Assembly (NCBI GenBank): GCA_963736855.1
Contig: CAVTQK010000009.1
Coordinates: 1-64,000, forward strand
Reading direction: 5' to 3'
Source: an uncultured delta proteobacterium
Lineage (GTDB): Bacteria; Desulfobacterota; Desulfobacteria; Desulfobacterales; UBA2156
DNA: 64,000 bases
Shown: in pieces, positions 1-9,453 of the stretch
How positions within the stretch are numbered: position 1 is the first letter of the stretch
How the letters are laid out: each line of letters opens with the position of its first letter
The notes under the pieces: model-generated
Databases searched by the model: none
What the model was told of the DNA's origin: nothing
What the model saw: the letters and a program-made list of their open reading frames with translations, nothing else
Position numbers and translations under genes: made by a program

Positions 1-169
1 GATAAGAGTTACTAATCAGGCCGATCATGCTCATCCTGCTATGCCCTCTTTATTCTTAGCGCAGCATCGGGCAGGTTGCTTTCCCAATGCTTCTGGAACT
101 TTTAATACCGTTTGTCCCAACCGGTCATTTCACCGGATGAGTGATGGCGGCCACATCTCGACAACCCGT

Positions 170-565
170 CAGACAGATCTCCCCGGATAAGAATGTGATC
201 TGTCGCTACACAACCGCGGCATTTACCCTACCTGCCTGCCGCAGGCAGGTCTCTTGAATCCGGGGCTTCGTCATGTTGCCTGCCTGTGCGTTCGCACGCA
301 GACAGGTGCCAACTTGCCCGGAAACTGGGCCTTGTATGTCCCGCTATAGCGGGATTCGTCGGCTCATAGCTTTGCACTCCGGGTGGGACGCTCCCTTCGG
401 TCGCTCTCGCCTCCGGCGAGACTTCCGCTTCGCATCGCCTGCGAACGGCCTCTCGCGATTCCGCCCTTGCCTTCGGCTAATACTTTTGTTAATGTTTTCA
501 AGCATTAACTGGATTCATGTATAGGGGACTTGCACCCCATAAGATCACGCCCATGCCGGGCGTAC
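170..565 (-). mobile_element. Group IIC(-attC) intron 5' fragment (domain I), no RT ORF in window
   Basis: Minus strand starts GTACGCCCGGCATGGGCGTGATCTTATGGGGTGCAAGTCCCC at 565, matching the class C intron 5' end. It abuts the AC of an attC R'' box. Recognisable similarity fades near 170 (boundary approximate). Confidence 0.8.
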
Positions 566-623
566 ACCGTTCACTGCACCAGACCGCAGCTTGCGCTGCG
601 GCTGGTGAGTTCACACGTGGGCA
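566..623 (+). repeat. attC site interrupted at R'' by the intron
   Basis: AC-CGTTCAC-TGCACCAG...CTGGTGAG-TTCACAC-GTGGGCA forms an imperfect hairpin. The R' box matches the complement of the next R'' (GCCCAAC) except for one missing T. Confidence 0.7.
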
Positions 624-645
624 CAAAAACATACGAAGGATTGAT

Positions 646-888
646 ATGGCATCCGAACTGAGTTATAAAATCATTAAAGCTGTTGGTGAAGAAAGCAGTA
701 AAGGCAATGATGCCTTCGAGAAACTTGAACAAATCGTGAATGAACATATCCGAGAAGGTTGGCAGCCAGTGGGGGGAGTTTCTATTTCTGCCGTAGTAGG
801 CGCCCCAAGACCGATGGATCGACAAAGGATAACTGGTTCATGCGTGTCGCGCAGGCTGTGGTGCGCGAAATTGAGAAATGATAATTAA
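646..888 (+). CDS. DUF1737-like small protein (cassette gene), possibly frameshifted near 803
   Basis: LEQIVNEHIREGWQPVGGVSIS motif. An alternative frame carries the AQAVV C-terminal motif and stops at 881. Confidence 0.55.
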   Translation: MASELSYKIIKAVGEESSKGNDAFEKLEQIVNEHIREGWQPVGGVSISAVVGAPRPMDRQRITGSCVSRRLWCAKLRNDN

Positions 889-911
889 TTCAAAATGGCG
901 AGGTAGATACC

Positions 912-1133
912 ATGCAAAAACAACTTACTGCAATTATCGAACGTGAGGGCGATAGTTATGTTTCTCTCTGCCCGGAATTCGATATTGCTAGCCAAGGAGA
1001 TACAATAGAAGAGGCTCGCAAGAATCTTCGGGAGGCACTTGAGTTATTTTTTGAAACAGCCTCACCCTCAGAAATTCGGGCACGCTTTCATGAGGAAGTA
1101 TATGTAACCCAAGTGGAGGTTGCCATTGGGTAA
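912..1133 (+). CDS. hicB: HicB-family antitoxin (short form, no DNA-binding domain)
   Basis: IIEREGDSYVSLCPEFDIASQGDTIEEARKNLREALELF, typical partial RNase H-fold HicB. Confidence 0.85.
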   Translation: MQKQLTAIIEREGDSYVSLCPEFDIASQGDTIEEARKNLREALELFFETASPSEIRARFHEEVYVTQVEVAIG

Positions 1134-1347
1134 GCTTCGTATCCTCTCCGGGAAACAGGTCTGCGCTGTTCTTTCGCGGCATGGATTCGAAGAAATTCGG
1201 CAACGTGGCAGCCATATCGTGATGCAGAAGCAACTTCCTGATACCACGATTACCGTACCGGTCCCTAACCACGAAGAATTGCGGATAGGAACACTACAAT
1301 CCATTATCCGTCAATCTGGCATTTCAAGAAGTGAGTTTGAATCATAA
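1126..1347 (+). CDS. hicA: HicA-family mRNA interferase toxin
   Basis: GFEEIRQRGSHIVMQK...VPVPNHEELRIGTLQSIIRQSG. TTG start after GGAGG, overlapping the hicB stop. Confidence 0.88.
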   Translation: MGKLRILSGKQVCAVLSRHGFEEIRQRGSHIVMQKQLPDTTITVPVPNHEELRIGTLQSIIRQSGISRSEFES

Positions 1348-1349
1348 TT

Positions 1350-1411
1350 GCCCAACAAGGCTTTTGCAGCGGATCGCAAGAAGCCGCGCCCGCTGAAAAG
1401 CAACATTCGGC
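1350..1411 (+). repeat. attC site
   Basis: GCCCAAC immediately after the hicA stop, TTGCAGCGG...CCGCTGAA inner boxes, R' ATTCGGC. Confidence 0.8.
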
Positions 1412-1434
1412 ACAAAAACCAAAAAGGGGGATTT

Positions 1435-1623
1435 ATGGAACCAGATAAAATAATGGATGGTTTGTCAAAAGAAATAAATCTTGCATTGACGGCGATGGCA
1501 AAAGCAAAGGATGTCAATGAAAAAGAGGCTCATAGTCGAATTGTAAAGAATTTATGTGAATCTTTGGGAGTGTTTTTAAATCTGGCGAGTGAAATAATGC
1601 CCTTTGATGATGCCGATGTATAA
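1435..1623 (+). CDS. Hypothetical 62-aa helical protein (cassette gene)
   Basis: AGGGGG RBS, ATG at 1435, lies between two attC sites. Confidence 0.65.
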   Translation: MEPDKIMDGLSKEINLALTAMAKAKDVNEKEAHSRIVKNLCESLGVFLNLASEIMPFDDADV

Positions 1624-1684
1624 AAAGAAAAAGCATGGTTGACATTCTTTTTACAAACTGAATTGCAGCAAATGAATCGCCTTC

Positions 1685-1807
1685 GGCGAACAACCCAGTG
1701 CAGGCGACAGCCAGAGCCAGGCGTTTTTGGAATGTTGTTTCAAGCCGGAATTTCTCCACTATTTAGGTCAGTGGACGCCTTGGCTGCTCCTAACCGGTGC
1801 GTTAGCA
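1685..1807 (+). repeat. attC site (long, about 123 bp)
   Basis: GGCGAAC...TGCAGGCGAC-AGCCA...TGGCTG-CTCCTAAC...GTTAGCA. Confidence 0.75.
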
Positions 1808-1987
1808 GCAATGATGAAGGAGGGATATCGCATGAGTGCCGAACTGGTGCTTGAGGCAACGAACACATCGCCGCTTATTGATGCATTGTGAAAAAACAAA
1901 ACAGAGCCGGATGAAGGGAAACCTCACGGCCGGAATCGATGAGGGGAGACTTGATAAGTCAAAAGACGAAGCCTGCCTCCGACTCTG

Positions 1988-4900
1988 CTATTTGTCGTCC
2001 AGGGCTTCCCGCACTTTGACGGTCAGGTCTCTAATGGAAAACGGTTTCTGGATAAAGTGCACTTCCTCGTCCAGGATGCCCCGGTGGGCGATGACGTTGG
2101 CGGTATAACCGGACATGAAAAGAACCTTGATTTCAGGATTCAGGGCCCGCATTTGTAAGGCCAGTTCTTTTCCGTTCATCTGCGGCATCACCACGTCGGT
2201 CATCAAAAGGTGGATTGGACCGCCATGCCCTTGGGCAAGACGCAGGGCCTGACCCGGATCTCCTGCGTCTAAAACCGTGTATCCCGATCGTTCCAGCATC
2301 CCCTTTGCCATGGTCAAAATCGACGGGTCATCCTCAACTAAAAGAACCGTCTCGCCGCGACCCATGGGAATTCTCAAGGGATCCAATGTCACTTTCCGTG
2401 ACGGCACTCCCCTCATGCCGGGGGATATAAATCTTGAAGATGGTCCCTTTCCCGACTTCACTGTAGACATCGATAAACCCGTTGTTTTGTTTTACGATTC
2501 CGTAAACGGTGGCCAGCCCAAGACCGGTGCCTTTGCCGACAATTTTAGTCGTGAAGAAGGGCTCGAAAAGATTCCCCAGGATTTTATTATCCATTCCGCA
2601 GCCGTCATCGCTGACCGCCAGCATGACATACTCTCCTGGGATGGATCCCGCATGCATCGCGCAATAGGACTCGTCAATAACGACGTTCTGTGTTTCGATT
2701 GTAACGTTTCCTGTTCCGGAAATGGCGTCTCTGGCATTCACGCAGAGGTTGGCCAGAACCTGGTCCACCTGTGCTGAATCCATCTTCACCGCCCACAGAT
2801 TCGCATCCGGCCTCCATATGAGATCGATATCCTCCCCGATCAGCCGCCGGAGCATCTTGAGCATCCCCTCCACGGTGTCGTTGAGATTCAGCACCTTGAG
2901 GGAAATGGCCTGCCTCCGGGCAAAGGCCAGAAGCTGCCGGGTCAGATCCGCCGAACGCAGGGCCGCCTTTTGAATCTCTTCCAGCTCAACATAATGGGGA
3001 TCATCGGGTTGCATTTCCATGAGCATCATCTCGACCCGGCCCAGGATGACGCCGAGCATATTGTTGAAGTCATGGGCCACCCCGCCGGCCAATCGGCCCA
3101 CGGATTCCATCTTCTGGGCCTGGATCAACTGTGCCTTCAATCGCTCCCGCTCTTTTTCCGACAGTATTCTTTCGGTGACATCCCGCCCGATGCCGCTGAT
3201 ATATGGGGGACCGTGTTCGGGTCGGACCAATTTGCTTCGATATTCGACATAAAATTTGGTCCCGTCTTTTCTATAGAAGGCGGCGATGCCTTCAAGATGT
3301 CCCTGTTTTTTGACGTCTTCAAGATATTGGCTGAAAAAAAGCGGCCTTGATTCAGGCTTCATGAAATCGGCCCCTGTCCGACCGATAAACTCGTCGGTAT
3401 CATATCCTAAAATGGTGCGAAATGCCCGATTTACCGTGAGATAACGTCCTTCCAAATCCTGGGCATAGATCAGATCCGAGATGGAATCAAAAAGCTCCCG
3501 GAATTTTTGATCCGATTCACGCAGGGCGTTTTCTGCCCGCTTGCGCTTGGTGATATCCGTCAATACCGCAAGGGTGCCCGTAACCGCGCCGGTGCGCGGA
3601 TCGAAGTGCGGGGTCCCGGCGACCAGGACCGACAGCCAGGTTCCGTTCTTGTGCTGGAGGTCGATCTCGTATCGGTCCGACTGTCCGGCGGCGCGTCGCG
3701 CATCGGCCGCCCGGGCGACGGCCAGCTGACCGGCCGGCACAAAGTCGTACCAGGATCGGCCGACCAGTTCCTCGGACTTTCGGCCCAAAAGGTCTGCCAG
3801 ATTCGGGTTGATGAAGGTCACGGTGCCGTCGATGTCGGTGCGTATGACGCCGCCGTTCATGTTCTGTATGATGTTTTCATGAAGTTCCTTGAGTTCACGA
3901 AGGGTTGCCTCGGCCTCTTTTCGCTCGGTAACGTCTTCCGAAACACCCTCTATCCATCCTTTGTCTTCAAAAATTTTAGCCGAATATTTTGCCCAGAAAA
4001 TAGAACGGTCTTTTCGATAAAAGCGCACTTCAAAATTTCTGACAAACCCTTTATTTTTGATTTCGTCCAACATTTTTTCCCGGGTTCCCGCATCGACATA
4101 ATTGCCGGAGGTTTTGTATTCGGCGACGAATTCTTCTCTGCTGTCATATCCGAACATTTTCGCAAGCTGTTCATTGCTCTCAAGGATTTTGCCGTCTGAA
4201 ATTCTGGTTCTGAATAAACCGACTTGTGCGTTTTGAAAGAGGTTGCGATAGGTCTCCTCGCTTTCTTTGATTTTATCCTCCGCCCGTTTGCGGTCGGTGA
4301 TATCCACACCCATGCCGATAAGACAGGTTGTTCCGTTCAGTTGGATTCGATTGCCTGTAAAATAGTAGGGCGTGCGCTTACCGTTTTTAGAAATGAAATC
4401 CGCCTCGGCATCGGCTTCCCCCTCGACGAAGACTCTCATGACTCTTTGCCGGATCAGATCCCTTTCCGCGCCCTCGAAAAAGTCCAGTGGATGCATGTTG
4501 GCGACTTCCTCTCCTGAATAGCCGCTTACATTCTCGAAATTTTTGTTCCAGCGTAAAAACCTGCCCTTCTCATCGAAAAGATAAAAAACGGCCGGCAGGC
4601 TGTTGAGGATCGAATCGGAAAAGATTTTTTCCCTCTGGAAACTTTTTTCCGCCTGCTTATGGTCGGTGATGTCCCTGACAATATGAACGGCTCCATTAAA
4701 TTGTCCTGCCTGATCCAGAATAGGATCGACGGTGATTTCAAACCATCCCTCACCGATCTGCAGTTCCATTTTTTCCCTGTGCAGACTCTTTTTTAGTCGA
4801 AGGCATGGACACCCGGGAATCGGTTCTTCGGTGGCATGAACGATCTCCCAGCAGTGTTTTCCGATCATCTGATCCATCGTGCGTCGGAAATACTGTTCCG

Positions 4901-6280
4901 CCGTCTTGTTGGAACGCACCACCCGCTGGTCTTTGTCAAGAATCCAGACGGCATCATTTGTCGCATCGAAGGTGGTTTGCCATTCCCGAGCCACTCGAAC
5001 CAACTTTTCCTCAATCCGCTTTTTTCTCGGTGATATCGCGAAAACTCCAGACCCGCCCCACGATGGTGCTGCCTATGCGCTGAGGCTGGGAGTAACGTTC
5101 GAATATGCGTCCGTCCTTGAAAGCCAGCTCGTCCATGGAACTTATGTCAGGTTTCCGGTAAAGATCGCGGACCTTTTCCAGAAACGATTCGGGATAAAGG
5201 AGTTGGTCAAGGACAAACCGAAGCAACGCATCGTCATCCCTCGCCGCGGTCATGGACTCGGGAATCCGCCACATTTCCAAAAACTTGCGGTTGAAACCGG
5301 TCACCTTGCCGGCACGATCCACAACCAAAATACCGTCGGTTGTGGATTCAAGCGCCGCAGCCAGCAGCGAATGGGACTCTCGCAACTCATCTTCCATCCG
5401 TTTGTGCCCGGTAATGTCGATGATGTTTCCGAACACGCGAGTTATCCGTCCACCTTCGCTCTCAACCTGTCCGATGGTCCGTACCCATATTTTTATCCCC
5501 TCTGCATTGATCAACTGTAATTCGAGATCAAAAGGTTCACCTTTTTCTCTGGCTTTCTGGAAAGCTTCGGTGATTTTCCCCTGATCCTCAGGAGCATAGA
5601 ATTGTATATCCTGTTCCGGACTACTGGGATCGTAGTTTTTCGATACGCCATGGATTCGGTATACTTCATCCGTCCAGGTGACACGATTTGTAACCGGATC
5701 ATATTCCCATCCGCCCAGTTTGCTTATTTGCTGAGTCTCATTCAGAAGTTTTTGGCTTTTTCTTAACGCTTCTTCGGCCTCCCTGCGAACCTGAAGTTCT
5801 TTTTCCAGTTGCAACATCTTTTGTTCAAGCTTTCTCACCAGGCGTTCGTTGTAAAGCCTGAGGATTTCCTCTTCCTGAAACGGAGCCGACGTTGAGGCCA
5901 TATCGCGGTGCTTGGCATGCTCCATCACGTCCCGAACAGCCTCCATGAATGCATCCGGTTCGCAGGGCTTGAGAATGAATCGGTCCGCGCCGATCTTGAG
6001 GGCGAACTCTTCATCCTTCGAACCGGTGTAGGTGGCGGTGTAAACGATGAACGGAATATGCCGCAAGCGCCTCGTCTGTCTTGACTTTTCGGCATAACTG
6101 AAAGCCGTCCATGACCGGCATGAGGATATCGCTGATGATCAGATCAATCCCGCCGGATTTCAATCGTTCAAGGGCCTCGACGCCGTTTCCGGCAGGCTCG
6201 ACAACATGCCCGTTTGCCTTGAGCAGGAGCTCAAGAAGATAGCGGGAATCCTCTCTGTCGTCCACGACGAGTATTTTCAT
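1988..6280 (-). pseudogene. Hybrid sensor histidine kinase REC-(PAS)n-HisKA-HATPase-REC, split by three +1 frameshifts (about 6065, 5022 and 2380)
   Basis: ORFs 6011-6280 (REC), 5011-6066 (REC end plus PAS), 2334-5003 (PAS repeats, AHDFNN H-box, GKGTGLGL) and 1988-2470 (REC) join seamlessly if one base is removed at each junction. Confidence 0.8.
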
Positions 6281-6309
6281 CCTATCGTTCCTTCGACTCT
6301 CACAATGTT

Positions 6310-6347
6310 GATAAAATCGTAAAAAAGCTGATTTTTACGAAGCCATC
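6310..6347. mobile_element. Minimal 38-bp MITE (two terminal inverted repeats only)
   Basis: GATAAAATCGTAAAAA...TTTTTACGAAGCCATC flanked by AATGTT and AATATT. Confidence 0.6.
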
Positions 6348-6353
6348 AATATT

Positions 6354-6543
6354 GATGAAATCGTAAAAAAGCTATTTTTGCTCGCTTCGTGATCATTTTC
6401 GGGAGATGCTCACGGCTTCTCTAAATTCCAAGAACTCGGCGCAAGCGCCTCAAACAGCTTGGAATTATTAACGCTCAGCCGTTCGCGTCTCTTTTTCCGA
6501 AAATGCTCAAATCTCGCTTGCAAAAGCTTTTTACGAAGGCATC
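6354..6543. mobile_element. MITE
   Basis: TIRs GATGAAATCGTAAAAAAG / CTTTTTACGAAGGCATC, flanks AATATT and AATATG, interior similar to 7238-7425. Confidence 0.75.
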
Positions 6544-6707
6544 AATATGTAACGGCTGATAATTCACAATTTTCTACTGAGTCATCTGCCCGGTGATATG
6601 CTTTTTCAAGAGTGTCGTCTTTAAGGTGGAGCTTGCCGGGGCGATGATGAAACAAACTATTGTCCAACTACCCGCATAAGCAACGTGAGAAGAGACGGTC
6701 TAAAAAG

Positions 6708-7202
6708 TTAATCCAGATCTAATGTTGCTTTACACCGGTTGCATTTTACAACGCCCCGGAAAACTTTATTGCCGCATTCAGGACAAATATAGCGGGCTTC
6801 CTCATCTCGAACCCATTTTTCAGTACCAACCTCTCGCCAATACGGAATAACCCGCAAAATAACCTTTTTTCCAATACTCATGGGAAAATTATCAATATGC
6901 TGACATGGAAATTCATTGCATTGATGACATCCGGTATATCCTTTTTCTCTTGTGCAGGCCCTGATCTCACATTGTCGGCAATGCATAAACAGTTCATCAG
7001 ATAAGCAGCCGCGGCATTGAATATTTTCTATTGCAAGATTTTCACTGTTCGGAAGATGACCCTTGCCGGGAACCTCTCCCTTGTAAAGATTCACTAACCG
7101 CTCTTTGAGTTTGTGATTATTATCACGGTGTGCGATATAAATGGCGCAGACCCCGCAATAAAGCCCACAAGGAGCAATAAGATTCTGATTTATCATTATC
7201 AT
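6708..7202 (-). CDS. DUF3795-family Cys-rich (Fe-S/Zn-binding) protein with C-terminal zinc ribbon
   Basis: APCGLYCGVC...CRGC...CRQCEIRAC...GCHQCNEFPC; CPECG...CNRC. Confidence 0.8.
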   Translation of the reverse strand: MIMINQNLIAPCGLYCGVCAIYIAHRDNNHKLKERLVNLYKGEVPGKGHLPNSENLAIENIQCRGCLSDELFMHCRQCEIRACTREKGYTGCHQCNEFPCQHIDNFPMSIGKKVILRVIPYWREVGTEKWVRDEEARYICPECGNKVFRGVVKCNRCKATLDLD

Positions 7203-7237
7203 TCTAAGACCTCTTGATTTATCATCTTCTTATATTT

Positions 7238-7425
7238 GATGATCGTAAAAAGGCCGATTTTTCTCGCGCCGCAAGTCTTTTCGGAAGATCCAAAGGGTTT
7301 CGCTAAATCTCAAGAACTCGGCACAAGTGCCTCAAACAGCTTGAGATTTTTAACGCTCAACACTTTGCCTCTCTTTTTCCGAAAAGACTTGAATGTCGCT
7401 CACAAAACCTTTTTACGAAGCCATC
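7238..7425. mobile_element. MITE with perfect 6-bp target site duplication
   Basis: ATATTT on both sides; TIRs GATGATCGTAAAAAGG / CCTTTTTACGAAGCCATC. Confidence 0.8.
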
Positions 7426-7436
7426 ATATTTCAAAT

Positions 7437-7504
7437 GCATAAACAACCGAACTAACCGGCGCCGATGGAACGCAGCGAAATTGCCGCCCTGTGTAGCGCC
7501 TTGT
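7437..7504 (-). repeat. Degenerate attC site interrupted at R'' by an intron
   Basis: Minus strand reads ACAAGGCGCTACACAGGGCGGCAATTTCGCTGCGTTCCATCGGCGCCGGTTAGTTCGGTTGTTTATGC. Confidence 0.65.
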
Positions 7505-7605
7505 GTACGCCCTGCATGGGCGTGAACTTATGGGGTGAAAGTCCCCTATATGTGAATCCTGTAAATGTCGGAAACATTGACACAAGTAGGAGTAGAAGGC
7601 AAGGG
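7505..7605 (+). mobile_element. Group IIC-attC intron 5' stub (about 100 nt)
   Basis: TTGT|GTACGCCCTGCATGGGCGTGAACTTATGGGGTGAAAGTCCCCTATA, near-identical to the intron end at 565. TTGT is the known IIC-attC IBS1. Confidence 0.8.
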
Positions 7606-7651
7606 AAGAATACGGATCCCGCACTATCCGAATCCGGGGTAAGGGGTCTTT

Positions 7652-9358
7652 TTACCGGGTTATTATTCCCCGGCTCTCTCGGGGCATCAGGCAGCGGCAC
7701 TTGTCCAGATAGGGACGGACCTCCGCATTTTCCGGAAAGCGCCGTAAAACCTCCATCGCCTTGTCAAACCGCTTCCGGTTCATGAAATGGATCCCCAGGC
7801 AGAGCGCCAAGGGCACGTTTCCCGGGAACCGCCGCACCCCTTCCTCGAGGCGCCTTTCGGCGGCGGCCATCTCGCCCGACTGCTGCTCCAGCATGGCCAA
7901 ACCCAGGGTGGCCCTGGGATCCGGGCAGGTGTCGAGGGCCCTAAGGTAAAGGCGACGGGCCACGGAAGTTTTGTCGGGGATAGACTCCACCCGGGAATAG
8001 TCTCCCTGGTGAAAGGTCATCCCCAGGCGTGAAAGAAAATCCGCGTGCAGCGGGTAGAGATCCTCCCGATCCTCAAGTTCGATGGAATCCACCGCCGCAG
8101 GCAGCATCTCGTGAAATCGGTTCCGAAGGGTCCGGCCGAACTCCAGGACAAGATCCCGGGGAAGTCGCGGATCCGTTTCGCAATAAGGGATGTCCTCCAC
8201 ACGCTGCAGCCAGACCTCGTCCGATTGGCCGGTTTTTCTGAGGAACTCCTCGGCGAGGGCTGTTCCCGGGAAAAGGGTCAGAATATAGAAAATGGCGGCC
8301 AGCGGCTTGATCTCCGCCATCAGGTCCACGGTGGCCTTAATGGAATCCGGTGTTTCCCCGGGACAGCCATAGATGAAATAGGCCCGGGGAAGGATCCCGA
8401 ACCGGGTGGTGAGGGCGAAAGCCCGACGGATTTGTTCCCGCTGCAAAGGTTTTCCTAGACGCTTGCGAATGGCGGCCGAACCGCTTTCCACCCCGTAGCT
8501 GATCTGGATGCAGCCGGCTTTCCGCATCCAGTAAAGCAGATCCTCGTCCACCCTGTCCACCCGGGAGATGGCCTGCCACGTGATGGGGAGTCGGCGGTCG
8601 ATGATGCCCCGACAAATGTCGATGACCTTGGCGGGATCCAGAGTGAAGGTGTCGTCCGAGATGAAAAAGTGGCTAATCCCCCGGCCGGAAAGGATCTCCA
8701 GTTCTTCCAGGAAGTAGCGGGTCGAGTGGAAGCGGGTCGGCCCGGGCCAGAACCGGGGAGATCCGCAAAAGGTGCACCGCCCCGGGCAGCCCCGGGAAAG
8801 GATAAGGTGCCGGAAGGTGAAGCTTAGGGCCGGGTGAGGCAGCGCGTCCAGATCGCGGATCGGTTCCCGGGGCCCTGTCCTGACCGGCCGGCCGCCATCG
8901 CGGAAGGCAAGGCCCGGTATCCTGCCAATCATCCCCCTGTCCCCGGCATCCAGGGCCCGGAGCAGTTCGAGAAAAGTGTACTCTCCCTCACCGAGGATAA
9001 CGTAATCGATTTCTGGAAAATGACGGAGAAGATGGTCCCAGAGAAAGGTGGCGCCCACCCCGCCGAAGACGATGGAGATTTCCGGGCGAAGGGCTTTGGC
9101 CATCTTGGATATATCGATCGCCCCCCAGCGATTGGCATGGAGAACCGAGAAGCCGATGACATCCGGCTCTGCACCAGCGATCATCTCGCGGATCGCCTCC
9201 GGTCGATCCTTGAAGGCATGCAGATCCGCCACCGCGACCTCGACACCCTCCGATTTAAGGAGGGCGGCCACATAAAGCAGGCCCTGAGGGACGGCCTCGA
9301 TATCCTCCTCGTCGAGCCGCGGATCGAGGAAATACGGATAGATGAGAAGCGTCTTCAT
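7652..9358 (-). CDS. B12-binding domain radical SAM protein with C-terminal TPR-like region
   Basis: N-terminal cobalamin-binding fold, SRGCPGRCTFC, DDTF, YGVESGS, helical TPR-like tail. Confidence 0.88.
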   Translation of the reverse strand: MKTLLIYPYFLDPRLDEEDIEAVPQGLLYVAALLKSEGVEVAVADLHAFKDRPEAIREMIAGAEPDVIGFSVLHANRWGAIDISKMAKALRPEISIVFGGVGATFLWDHLLRHFPEIDYVILGEGEYTFLELLRALDAGDRGMIGRIPGLAFRDGGRPVRTGPREPIRDLDALPHPALSFTFRHLILSRGCPGRCTFCGSPRFWPGPTRFHSTRYFLEELEILSGRGISHFFISDDTFTLDPAKVIDICRGIIDRRLPITWQAISRVDRVDEDLLYWMRKAGCIQISYGVESGSAAIRKRLGKPLQREQIRRAFALTTRFGILPRAYFIYGCPGETPDSIKATVDLMAEIKPLAAIFYILTLFPGTALAEEFLRKTGQSDEVWLQRVEDIPYCETDPRLPRDLVLEFGRTLRNRFHEMLPAAVDSIELEDREDLYPLHADFLSRLGMTFHQGDYSRVESIPDKTSVARRLYLRALDTCPDPRATLGLAMLEQQSGEMAAAERRLEEGVRRFPGNVPLALCLGIHFMNRKRFDKAMEVLRRFPENAEVRPYLDKCRCLMPRESRGIITR

Positions 9359-9453
9359 GCTAGAGGCAAAGCGTTGACAAGTTGCTGCTTTTTTAGGGTG
9401 GATACATACCGTATCTCAAAACAGATTACAAGAACAGGCGGTTTCGGCCTGGC

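Noticed and set aside
517..645. N-terminal extension of ORF 517-888, and ORFs 273-524, 1348-1434, 7424-7785
   Set aside because: They translate intron or attC sequence; spurious
6640..6707. Closing attC for the DUF3795-like gene
   Set aside because: No R'' box complementary to the upstream R' and no hairpin found
7236..7442. ORFs 7236-7442 and 46550-46942
   Set aside because: They overlap MITEs; no protein motifs
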